From Guillardia theta CCMP2712 (lineage: Eukaryota > Protista > Cryptophyta): DNA of 64,000 nt. Position 1 is the stretch's first letter. Each line of letters begins with the position of its first letter. The notes under the pieces were generated by a model. The model saw only the letters and a list, made by a program, of their open reading frames with translations. It was not told the origin of the DNA and searched no databases. Where the stretch lies: positions 372,001-436,000 of the forward strand of contig NW_005434635.1 in assembly GCF_000315625.1 (NCBI RefSeq), in the 5' to 3' direction. Position numbers and translations under genes: made by a program. Below, piece after piece: positions 1-13,448 of this stretch.

Positions 1-125
1 GGGAGGAGGAGGAGGAGGAGGAGGAGGAGGAGGAGGAGGAGGAGGGAGGAAGCCGCTGACCCATGAAGATGTGGTAGTTAGTCAGGTCTGCACTGCTGTC
101 CTCTTGCCCATCTGACTGCTTGCAG

Positions 126-387
126 TCGGATTTTCTCGAAGCTCAAGCAGCTATCGCTCCCAGCATCACTGACGAGATGCTTGCAAGGTAAACGACCTTC
201 TGCTTCTCTTGTCCTCAGCTCTTCGTACCTCTGACTACACTCGGATCATGACTTCTAATTGTCTTGCACGTCCCATCCCATCCCATCCCCATCCCTCCCC
301 TTCCTTGCGTCGCAACTGTCGCTGACTTTCTGCTGATTCAGCTACGACGATCTGCGCGTTAAGTTCTCAGCAAAGCCGAAAAGATGA
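126..387 (+). CDS. 3' end (last two exons) of an AAA+ ATPase, PEX6-like; gene begins upstream of the window
   Basis: Exons 126-187 and 342-387 (GT..AG intron) give SDFLEAQAAIAPSITDEMLASYDDLRVKFSAKPKR*, resembling the PEX6/CDC48-family C-terminus (DF..A...PS.S...L..Y......F). Confidence 0.6.
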
Positions 388-1197
388 CTCATCGAGGAGA
401 GGAGGGGAATGCAGCATCATAGTAAATACAAGTAACTCCCAGACCTTGCCCAAGGTCCACCGGCGGCCATCCGGGCCCACACGGTGCCGGTGGGCCCGGG
501 GGGGATGTTCGGTGGCACTCAGAGCTGTGGCTCCCGGCCCGGCCGGGTCCGTTACTCACTGGCACCTTTGAGTAAAGAGGCACCGGAGGGCCCGGCTCAG
601 CTGTGACGGTGACGGTTACAGTATGATTGATTAGATGTAACGTTTTCAACGTCCGTCCAGGCAGTTGGTTGAGTGAACTTTCAGGATTGCAAATCGGGGG
701 GGTTGTGAATGAGAATTGGGGGGTAGGGGTAGTTCTTGTACCGTACTCTGAAACTGAGAAACAATGGGTGATTGTTAATTTTCAATGAGGTCCTGTCTCT
801 GTAAATGGGGTAGGGTACCCAATGGGGGGTGGGGTAGGTTATGTTCCCCGACGGACAAATCAGGGCTCTTGCCAGCTTTCCCTCTCCTTCCCCTCCTCCC
901 TTCCTACCCAAACACACAGTAACATACCCTCCTCCCTTGTCCTCCTCCTCCTCCCCCTCCCCGCTTCCTCTCCTCTCTCATCCTTCTCCTTCCTTCTCCT
1001 CCTTCCCCTCCTCCCTTATCCTCCTCCTTCAATTTCTTTTCCGTCTCCTCAAACATTTCAACTCCACCAGACTCATATCTGGACGCCAAGTACTCTCCCT
1101 TATTCTCTCCTAAACTCTCCTCTCTCCTGTCTTCTCTGTTCACTGTCTTGTCTCCCAACCATCTACCTGTCAAGATCTTAGCCTAGCTCACGGAGAA

Positions 1198-2540
1198 ATG
1201 TCCATTCGAATGCGGCGGCAGAGCCCTCGGAAGGAGCTTCACGCTGTTGATTCCAGCTCACCTGGTCCTGGCATGTACAACGTCGGCACTGACCGCGATA
1301 TTGGGAGGACCAAGAGCAGAATGCAGGAGTGGAAGTCGCCGATGCGAAAGGTGGAGTGGTGAGCGAGAGGAGGGGAGCGGGATGGTAGGAGGTTGACCGG
1401 CTCCCCTTGACCTTCAGGTTTCTGAGGAAGACAGAATCTGCAGATGTATCGTTCCCGCAGATGATGGACCACAACGGGATCGCGAGGTTGTCAGCAGATG
1501 ATCTTATCGTTTGTGTGTGTTGAGCGTGAAGGCTGTGATCCACGTGCTCTTTGTACGGTAGTTGTATGTGTCGTTGACAACATCAACGTTTGTGTGATTG
1601 TGTGCGAGTCAAGAATCAGTATGAATATTGTCAGTTTGATGGATTGCAATGGTGCAGTTGATCACAGTTGTTGTCAGAGAATGAGAATCACTGTAATGAT
1701 CATCCATCTACCAATCTCGCGTGCTGCGCTGATCTGGACGGGGCAGGACGATCATCAGGTCGGAGCAACGGCTCAAAACGACGATGGGGACGAGGAGCAG
1801 TCGCTCACCCCCGACGTGCTGGGACGGCAGGAGGCCGTCGGAGAAAATCAACTATCAGGTTGCTGGACTGTGCTGGGGGAGAGCAGGGAGTTTCAGTCTT
1901 TCTCACTTGTCTGCTTCTGCCGTCAGATCTTCCAAGTGATCCCTCCCTACTTCGCCAGCTACAACCTCGGCCCGGGGTCCTACGTGGTCCAAGACGACAG
2001 GGAGATCGGCAAGACCAAGAGCAGGATGCAGGAGTGGTACGACACTGAGGTCAACGTGAGGGTGAGGTGACGGGGATGGCAGGAAGTCGCCGCTGAGAGA
2101 GACGAGCTGGTTCAACAGGACGAGCGATGCTCCTTCCGACTTGTTCGCCTTCTCGCCCTTGAAGTGCGTTGACCCCTTCATACTCTTCGGAGAAGCAGCG
2201 GAAGGGGCGGGGGGGAGGGGGAGCGGGTTGGTGGGCAGGTGGGGGGGGGGAACACACACATCCATCCTTGAAGTTGTTACTATTCGCTCAATTTGATGCT
2301 TCAGTTCTCCCTCGCGAAACAGGACGGGCGGGAGGCACTCGCATGAAAGAGAAAGGGGCAAAGGGCATGTAGGAAGGCAACCTACCACTCTCTTCCACAG
2401 GGAGAGCAGGGAGCGACGTCATTCCCGGCAGAGTTTTCCTCAAGCTGGACCACGTCAGCGTTGGCAGCATGACCTCCGTTGGACCTGATTCGCAGAAGTC
2501 GCCGTCCGTCATGAAAGTCTTTCAACTCCAATCCAATGAG
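1198..2540 (+). CDS. PG-rich (PGPGxY, STPG/SHIPPO/ODF3-like) repeat protein, probably flagellar; 3' end uncertain because of the gap at 2578
   Basis: Spliced product has two ~40-aa repeats: SPGPGMYNVGTDRDIGRTKSRMQEWKSPMRKVEWFLR and LGPGSYVVQDDREIGKTKSRMQEWKSPLRETSWFNR; introns join in consistent phase. Confidence 0.6.
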
Positions 2541-2577
2541 TCTTCGTTGTTGACCACTGATGTGGGGTTAGATGGGC

Positions 2578-2677
2578 NNNNNNNNNNNNNNNNNNNNNNN
2601 NNNNNNNNNNNNNNNNNNNNNNNNNNNNNNNNNNNNNNNNNNNNNNNNNNNNNNNNNNNNNNNNNNNNNNNNNNNNN
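2578..2677. other. Assembly gap (100 N)
   Basis: Run of N. Confidence 1.
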
Positions 2678-3297
2678 GAGGGAGGGGGGGGAGAAAGGGA
2701 ATCCCCGGGAAAGGGTGGTAACCATATCTCGCATCAAATGGGGGGGCTGCAGGTTCCCCCTCGCGAGAAAACAAGAGAGGGGGGGGGAGGGCATCTGGCA
2801 GGGCGGATAGGGACTTTTAGAATTCCCCCCCCCCCCCCCCCTTTTTTCCCTTTTTCCCCTCCCAAACTTCTTTTTCTTCTTTCCCCCCCCAATTCTTCTT
2901 CTCCCTTCCCCCCCCGCTTTTTTTTCCTCCCATTTTTTTTTAATTTTTTCCCTTCCCCCCGCCCTCCCTGCCTGTTAACCCCCCCCCCCCCCCCCTCCTT
3001 GCGTTCTCACATTTCACCCTCCTCCTCCTCCCTCTGTCCCAACATGTTTGTCTAACTGTGTCTGGTCAGTGGCCTACTGTTGAAGACGATGGAAACTTTC
3101 GGAGAAAGAGAGGAGGCACCAATACATAAACTCCCTCCTCTCTTTCTCTTCCCTCCCCCTCCTCCCTCCTCCCTCCTCCCTCCTCCCTCCTCCCTCCTCC
3201 CTCCTTGCGCTCTGCCTCCTTTCCATACTCTTGCAACTCTCCCCTCGCTTCTCATAGGACGGAGTTTCTAATGAATACCATGCAGCTTGAGCTTGTG

Positions 3298-6200
3298 CTA
3301 ACTAGGGGAGGGCAGCTTGAAGGCTCTGCACGTGCTATCGTCTGATCCCGTCAGCACGAATTTCGCGTCTCTGGTGATGGCGATACTGAGAATCGCCTGG
3401 GAGACAAGTTAGGAAAGGAGATGGAAGGGGGGGGGGAGCAAGTGGGGAAAGGGAGTGGAAGGAGCACGGAGAGGGAGAACAGAGAAGAAGATGCGAGTAC
3501 AGGAGAGAATGAAGAACAAATGTCGATCGAATGACAAACAGCAGCGCAAGAAGACAAAAAAAAATGGAAGGAGATCAACAACAATCCACAGCAGCAGCAG
3601 CAGCAACAACAACAACATGAGCAGCAGCAGCAGCAACAACAGGAGCAGCAGCAGCAGCAACAACAACAACAGGAGCAGCAGCAGCAGCAACAACAACAGG
3701 AGCAGGAGCGCACGTGCAGCCAGACCTTATGGTGCCCCCGGAAGACTTTGATGAGGGAGCCGTCGAGGATGCTCCAGACGTAGAGGTTTCCCTTGGCTCC
3801 AGCTGAGAAGAGCATCGGAGATGAGACATGCATCAGCAGCTTCGTCGCCCCCTCGTGCTGCGGCACTCCATGCTCGTTCGTTCGTCGCGTCTGGTAGCAG
3901 CACGCTCGCTCGCGGCCGTTGGCTGTGGAGGATGAGTGAAGACAGTGAGAACAAGCACGCAAGTGAAGAGCAGGAACAGGAGCAAGAGCAAGAGCAGGTG
4001 CAGGTGCAGGTGCAGGTGCAGGTGCAGGTGCAGGTGCAGGTGCAGGTGCAGGTGCAGGTGCAGGTGCAGGTGCAGGTGCAGGTGCAGGAGCAGGAGAGAG
4101 AAGGAGTGGGGAACAACCTATCTCCCATATCCTTACGGAGCCATCCATGCTGGCGGTGATGGCGATATCGGGGTAGTACTTGGAGATGAGAATGTCTTCA
4201 ACTTAGCCAACAGTCAGAGAGGAGAAGATGAGCAGATCAAAGATAGAAGAGGTGGCAAGGAAAGAGCCTGGATGATGTGGAGCATTGCAAGGGACTTACT
4301 CGATGCTGTGTGCCCTGACGTGGCGAAAAGAGGAAATTTGTTGATGATCCTGGCAAAGGGTTGAGAAGGAGAAGTAGAACAAGACAAGATGTGAAGAAGG
4401 AGGGGAGAAGAAAAGAGATCATATCAAGACGGAAGAAGAGACACATGTCAGCCAGAACAAGAAGCTAAAACATGCAGGCGAGAAAATTTGATTTCACATG
4501 TTCCCTTCCTCCCTCGTCACTCACTTTCCCGTCTGCGAGTGGAACAGGATGACCCGCCCGTTCTTGTCGCCGCTCACACAAACAGGATCAGAGGGATGGC
4601 ATGCAAGAGCCGTAACGACGTCAGCATGTGCGTTCACGGGATCATTGATACCTGAGGAACGTTAGGAAGAGAAGAGGAGGAGAGGGTCGATTGTGATCAA
4701 ATTGGATAATAAATTGAATATCAAGGGCAGCGCAATCAGGCAGGACGAGAGACAAACGGAATAGAAAGAAGAAAGAAGATGAATGATTCAGGAATGCAGC
4801 AGGCTGAGGACGAGGACAAGGACAAGGACAAGGACGCAGGGGGACAGGAGGAGGTGGAGCAGCGCGGGTCCTACTGCGGAGGAGGGAGCCTGTCTTAGGG
4901 CAGAAGATCTGTGGAGGATTCGAACGTGAGCGAAACGAGTTTGACCAGCTGGAAGTAGCAGCACCCGGAGAACTCCGTCAATGCAGCCGGTGACGACAAG
5001 CTTTCCTCCTGCTCGATCGCGTCACGGCAAAAGAAAGCAGGAGGATGAAGAAGTAGATGACGACGAGGAAGAGAAGTAGCAACAAGCAGCAGGTGCGAGA
5101 GAGAAAAGGGGAGAAGACTGTCAAAGTGCTCGGTGAGCAAACAGTGAGCAACCTGCTGCAAAACCTCCGCATGTGACAGAACCAGGATGACTGCAAGAGA
5201 AAAAAACTTCAGAAGAGAGCTTCTCCTCCCTCCCTCTCCCTCTCCCTCTCTCTCTCACCTTGTAAATACTTGCAGACAGGTGCCATAGTAGGATTGTTGG
5301 GGCTCTGCTCCACAGACAAGTCATCCTTCCTCACGCAGAAAAGAAATTTCGCTTTCCTCCCTCCCTTGAGCTGCTCGAGATCTCCCACATGAAGCAGTTG
5401 CCATCGTCTGAACCTGCATGATCCCCACAGATCAGCGACTGAACTGCCAGGACGTGACGGCGTACCAGCGAGAATGACCGATCCTCTCGGGTGCCACTCC
5501 ATCCAGTTCATAGTCCCCGATCCCTCCTGCCATGGCAGGGCATCACGTCAGACTCTTGCGAGACTTGCTGCTTGCTCCACCAGGCTCGTAACCAGCTCTC
5601 CCGTGTCTGCCATCCTTGAAGCAGTTCAACAACAGCACATGGCGGCATAGCAAGCATATACCAGACTTTGATGACTCCATCCATGGCGGCGGCGGCGATG
5701 AACCTGTCAAGCATGTCAAGACAAGAACTTTCTCCCATCCGCATGACTCACGTCCCCTCGTGACTGAAGCGGACATCTATCACAGAGTCCTGCCCTCAAA
5801 CAGTCAGCAAACAATTTGATATTTTCATCTGGCATCCAGTACCGTGAAAGTGCTGTTTTCGACTTTCATCTCCTTCAGGCCTCCTCTTTCTTTGTATTGC
5901 CATAGCGACAGACTGTCATCTCCTCCGCCACACGCAAACTTGGAGCTGTCATATGGACTTGTGCTCAGACTGTAAACCCTGTGCAAGCAAGGTCACCAGA
6001 AGAAGCTTGTGTTGCGGTACTTACGGTCCTGCTCTTGCTATGCATGCAGCTGCATCGTCTTCGAGAGTCTTGAGGACACCAACATCGTCATCGTCGTCAG
6101 TCTCTTGCTCAACACCGTCGTCTTGCTCGTCAAACATGTCCACCCTGTATGTGGTGTTGGGGTCCGAAGGCTCGGACCCATCCACCAACACCTTGGGAGT

Positions 6201-6750
6201 GACGTCAATGACGCGTCAAGGAATCGGATTCTACCAGAGACCTCATCGGATTTCAAGAAGATGATGTCTGAGTCGTCATACATCTGCTGCAAATTTTCTC
6301 TCGAGGCCTCTTTCTTCTGCCTGTCCTCCCCGTCCTCTTCCTCTCCTTTCCCCCCATTACATGATTTTTCGCCTTGATCGCCTGCATGCACAAATCATTC
6401 AGACTGGTGACTGAAGCTTGCGCGACACATGTTAAACCAGTTTCTCCTCCTGATTCTCCTCCTCTCAGGCCCACAAAGTTGTTCACATGAAGATCCCTCC
6501 GTGTCTGCAGCAGAAGTCTCCTGTAACATGCACCATGTAAGGACGTGCAGGTAAGGACAATGTGAACAGAAGGAGGGGACAAAAACCTTAGGAGTGTATG
6601 CGCATGTAGTTCAAGGAGTTGAGAGGTAAGACCATGCTCGCACTTGCACGTGGCTCCATGGTGCTCGAGCAGAGCACCTTGAGCAACCACGATGAAGGAG
6701 GCCCACAGGCAAAGGAGGAGAGTAGAAATTTGAATGAGCATCATCATCAT
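3298..6750 (-). CDS. AAMP: WD40 protein AAMP/Sqt1 (uL16 chaperone family) with N-terminal signal peptide and LRGG-containing leader; multi-exon
   Basis: Spliced motifs: acidic region then EDDAAACIARAGPVYSLSTSPYDSSKFACGGGDDSLSLW; AAAMDGVIKVW; NWMEWHPRGSVILAG; MDGSVRIWE; FRGHHKAILSIAITRDAKFVLTGSDDSTCRAF; N-terminus MMMMLIQISTLLLCLWASFIVVAQG. Confidence 0.8.
3588..3707. repeat. (CAG/CAA)n trinucleotide array in an AAMP intron
   Basis: Interleaved cagcagcag/caacaacaa blocks. Confidence 0.9.
3995..4084. repeat. (CAGGTG)15 hexanucleotide microsatellite in an AAMP intron
   Basis: Perfect tandem copies. Confidence 0.95.
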
Positions 6751-6974
6751 ATCACGCTCTTTCTTGATCTATGGAGACGCCATGGACGTCATCGCCTCAA
6801 CAGCTCAACTCCGTCGCATCATCGCTCATCGCGGCTCCTCCGCCATGTTCGCCCCTTCTCCCCAACGCCCTCGTTTCTCCCGAATCCCACTGGCCGCATT
6901 GTTTCCCCCTTGTTTCCCCTCATCCCCGCTCATTCACCCCACTCCCGAAAAAGGAGCCGACCACAGAGCCGACC

Positions 6975-7190
6975 ATGTTCGGAACCATCCGGCAAGCGCG
7001 CATGGCGCTGATGCTGTTGAGCACGGAGACGACCGATGCTCTGATCTCTGTGGCCGAGGCCATCGACAAGACGTCAGTGGATGATCCTGCTCCTCCAGCC
7101 GTCGACCCCTCCATCACTGCAGAGGTGGCAGATGCGCAAAAGGAGGTGGACGAAGAGCAGAAGGCGCTAAAGGCGGTGTATTCAGCGTGA
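6975..7190 (+). CDS. Small (71 aa) protein of unknown function, MFGTIRQARMALMLL...
   Basis: ATG in gaccATG context, GC3-rich codons, acidic Ala-rich C-terminal half; divergent from AAMP. Confidence 0.5.
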   Translation: MFGTIRQARMALMLLSTETTDALISVAEAIDKTSVDDPAPPAVDPSITAEVADAQKEVDEEQKALKAVYSA

Positions 7191-7259
7191 GCATGCGTGC
7201 TGGTTCGGTTTGAATGTGCCGTGGTGGATATATTCAGACAGATTTCATCGATAAATGTT

Positions 7260-8250
7260 TCATGTATCACCCTGCTGCTATAGAGCCTGTCCATAACTCC
7301 CGATGCAAAAGTTCGCCCAGATCACCGGCCTTACCTTGAAGCTGCCAAGGTGACCGAAGACTTGTAGAGGTTGAGATGAGATGGACACGCATCGTGAATG
7401 ATGTACGTGACATGATAGCTCCTCGTGGAGTTCGCACCCCTTGCTCTAACCGAGTCCACAAGTCGAGTTTCTCCCCCAGTCTGTAGCTTCGATCGAGCAG
7501 GAGCCACGCAAGGGACGGAAGGTACTCGGAAGGTTTGAGTGTGCCGAATCTCGATTACTGGCTGAGTGTGAGAGGAGGGGAGGAAGGGGGAATGAGAGGT
7601 ACAGCGAGGGCAGATAGACGAAGACGAAAAGGGGGAGGGAGTGGAACAGGATATATAGCGTGGACGAGAAACGCTGCTTCGTTTCTTTCTTGGCTGACGG
7701 CGCCATATCTCATCGAAAGAATGAATGCTGGAGTATGTGAGATGGAGATGAAGGCATAAGAACTACATGAAAGAGGAGATCACATGATCAAATTTACAGA
7801 TATTCGCATTCATCGCAGCTTCTTGTTGCTGTTGTACATGTTCACGATACTGTGACGTCAGTGCCGGATGGCAGACTTCATGAAAAACCAACAGTTGTTT
7901 GTTGATTGAGGAACGATGGTGTTCTCAAACAGCAGATAGCCCACGATATCTCGGCCATACACGCAGTCTTGTATTGGGGTTGTCTTCTAGCCAATTTCAG
8001 ATCTCGTTACACTTCGGTTCCAAAGCAACAATGGATTGGAGTAGTCCCTTCCAGCTCCTAGGAAATTCCTGCTCCCCGCCCCCTTTCCCCCTCCCCCTCG
8101 TCCCCCTGATCTCTCCGCCTCTTTCACCTCCTCTTCTCATCTCCCCTCCTCCCCAGCACGCTGATACCTCACCGACTCCGCAGTGCATCTGATTTTGACC
8201 TCTAAAGTTGGTCCTCAGACTCATACCCAGCTCCTCCCAGCAGCTCATGA
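7260..8250 (-). CDS. Probable multi-exon hypothetical gene; frame not resolved
   Basis: Series of GT..AG intron-like segments separating short open exons; no recognisable motif. Confidence 0.25.
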
Positions 8251-8292
8251 CATCTAACGCCTTGCTGCTCCACACCTCCCACTAGCATACCG

Positions 8293-9654
8293 ATGTTCAG
8301 TCGAAGACAGGGGTCCCTCCTCCTGGTCTACAGCACCATCGCCATCTCCATGATAGTCTGGTACAAGTACGAACAGAGCAGAGACGTTGCCCGACTGTCA
8401 GAGCTGCCAGCGAGCTTGTTCACGGACAAGAATCGGCCCTTCAGCATCGCGTCCTCTCCTCCTCCTCGGTCCTCCCATAGCTCACGATCCTGCACAGGGG
8501 TGGATTGGAAGTCGCGCTCCTGTGCCTACCGCAACCTCTGCGGACGGGGTGATAGAGGGAGGAAGGTTCCTCTACTTCCAGCATCCGGACGACGTCTCCT
8601 CCCTCTCCTTAGACTGGGCTGTCTCCCTTCAGAGCGGACATGGCGGCTACGGCCCTCGTTGGAGCCCCGTCACAGTCAACGGGACGGTGCCAGGGAACGC
8701 CACGTGGGTCGACCTGGGAGGGGACGCTGCTGTGTTTGTCACGGAGTACAACTGGGCCAACCCGAGCCTGCTGGTGGCCGACTCGTTCTTCCCGTGGTAT
8801 GCGCTGCTGGCGAGCTTCATGCAGTCCTCCACCTCCTCGCTCGGCATCAAGATCAGGCTGGTCAGCCCCCTCCCCTGGTCCTGCGACTGGCAGCGGAGCC
8901 ACAACACTTCGTGGGCCCACTGGTGCGACAAGATCTGGAACAAGTTCTGCCCTGGCAACGTCCCATTCATGATGACCTCTCGTCGCCTGCTCGACTTGTC
9001 CGACCTCGCAGCTCACAACCGATCCCTCCTATGCTTTCCTCGCGTCCTCGCTGGGGTCGGGCGTTGGACGGATCACTGCAGTGACTCTTACGTCCATGGG
9101 GAGAGCCAAGCATGGACCCGCAGGGCCCTGGACGACCTGGACGTGAACGCGTACTGTAACGCGGGGCGATCCCTGCTCTACCATAATTTCCGAGAGTTTG
9201 TGCGATCCAACCTCAACATCCAGCCTTCCATCACAGCAAGACAGGTCCTCCTGGGCAACTTCCATGTGGAGGACAACTTTCAACTGAGGTTGACAAGTTG
9301 CTGCGGTACCTGCCCTCTGTTGCCAGCCATCTGAGAGAATGGGGATTTCATCCCTTGCTTGCAGACCTCCCTAAGATGAGCTTGAAGGAACAAGTTGCTG
9401 CTGCCATGAGGAGCGAGGGATATGTCGGAGTTTGCGGGGGAGGCTCTACCTTCGTTGCCCTCTTCCTGTCACGGTTCGCTCTCTTCCTCGTTGCCTGCTC
9501 CAGCCCCAAGATCCTCGACTACGAGCTCTTGCTCAACATCGGCTTCCTGCGAGTCGAGTACCTGAACAGCCTTCCTCCCTCCCCAGCTGACTTGGCTGGT
9601 CACGTCCAAAGGCTCCTCCAGGTCTCTCAGCTTGCTAGGGGGCGTCGCCGGTGA
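8293..9654 (+). CDS. Type II membrane glycosyltransferase, GT61-like; intronless, with two apparent frameshifts (~8545, ~9280)
   Basis: N-terminal TM segment; RSCAYRNLC; C-terminal MSLKEQVAAAMRSEGYVGVCGGGSTFVALFL resembling GT61 'S..EQ......G.HGAG....FL'; split over three frames. Confidence 0.6.
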
Positions 9655-9995
9655 CTCGTGAGTCTCGGAGGCCGCGGCGTCGCTAACTTGGAGTTCTAAA
9701 TACTACTGTACCATATCATCCGCGGTCTCTCAGTCGACGGACTCCCTCCCCGGGCCGCGGCCCGGCGGCGGGGCCCGGCCGGCGCCGCCGGCCCGAGTCG
9801 GCCGCCGGTCTCGGGGGGGCCCGCCGTTCAGAGTCAGGCCTCGTCGGGCCACGCCGGGTGCCAACGGTCAGGCCCGACCGGGAGCAGGGCCGGGACCCCG
9901 GCGGACCGGACCCGGTCCGTCTTACTTGGTAGCGGTACTACGGTACGGTACTCCGTAGGCCGCCGGGCCGCGCCCGGCTCCGGCGGCGATCGGAG
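9655..9995. repeat. GC-rich palindromic intergenic island
   Basis: cccgggccgcggcccgg, ggcccggccggcgccgccggccc, cggtactacggtacggtac. Confidence 0.7.
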
Positions 9996-10030
9996 AGCGA
10001 AGGTAATAAAAGGCAGAGGAGTAGCAGGTT

Positions 10031-12238
<2,208 letters not shown>

Positions 12239-12302
12239 GAGAAGCAATGCGGAGGAAGCAGAGGAGAGGAGAGAAGTTTGATGTTGAGTGAATTCAAGTC
12301 CT

Positions 12303-13415
12303 TCACAACCTCCAAGCAAACATGGTCTCCTCTCTGCTGCTCTTCGGCTTGTAGCAGAATCTGAAGGATAGAGGTCAGGGAGGATAAACAGTGGGAGGGA
12401 GGGGGGCGGAGGATGGATGGATTGAGGGAGGGAGGGAGGGAGGGAGGGAGGAAGCATTGGGGTGAGTGGGGGCGGTGGAGAGAAAGGGAGGGAGGGAGAT
12501 GGGGGCAGGGGAGGAGGAGGAGGGACAGTATTACGGGATGCGAATGATTTCTCGTAGTCCTTCAGATTCTTGAGGCTCCTGGAAATCATTCTGCCGCTTG
12601 TGAGCGAGGCAAGAGCAGCAGATCAATGCAGAGAGGAAGTGAAGAGAAAAGAAGGCGAAGAGGGGGACTGGTGGGGAGGAGGAGAGGAAGAAGAAGAAGA
12701 AGAGGAAGAGGAAGAGGTAGAGGTAGAGGTAGAGGTAGAGGAAGAGCGGGGGGTGGTATACCTTAAAGTTGTGGAAGACGTGTGGAGGGATGGGTGAGAT
12801 ATTCGTTCGAGCCATTGAACGGATCTGCCATCAAGGAGATGAGAAGAGCAAAGGGGAGGAAGGAGCTGGTGAACGTGAAACATGGAAGGTGGAGACTTGA
12901 GGGGAGGAGGGAGGGGACGGAAGGACAGGAGGAAGGAGACGACGCAGGGGAGGACGGAGAGGGGGACGGAGGAAGGGACCTTGTTGAGATGCAGAGCAAC
13001 TTCCATCGGCGTGTCCATCCACACGCATCGAGCCTCAGCCTGCAACCGAGTGAGACGGGAGGAAGAGAACGAAAAGAAGTGGACTATCCGCCGGGAGGGG
13101 TTGGAGAGGGGGGGTGGAGGAGCAGGAGGGGCAGGAGGAGGAGCAGGGAGACAGAGGGGGGAAAGGAGTGTGTGGCAGTATAGTTGGGGATACAACCTTG
13201 TTCCTTTGAGCAAGTTGAATCCATGGTCGTCGGTCCTGCACAGAGAAGGATTACAAAAAGAGTTACTCGCTGCTCCCTCCTCCTCGTCCTCCTCACCTCT
13301 TCTTTGGGATTGAGCTTGTCGATGACCACCGAGCTAATGAACTAGAATTTAGCTGCTTTCCTTCCAATGATTCCCACAACCACCATCACCATCACCATCA
13401 CCATCACCATCACCA

Positions 13416-13448
<33 letters not shown>

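Noticed and set aside
3409-4364. ORFs with poly-L, poly-C, (AP)n, (QV)n and (RC)n tracts
   Set aside because: Translations of intronic microsatellites within the AAMP gene
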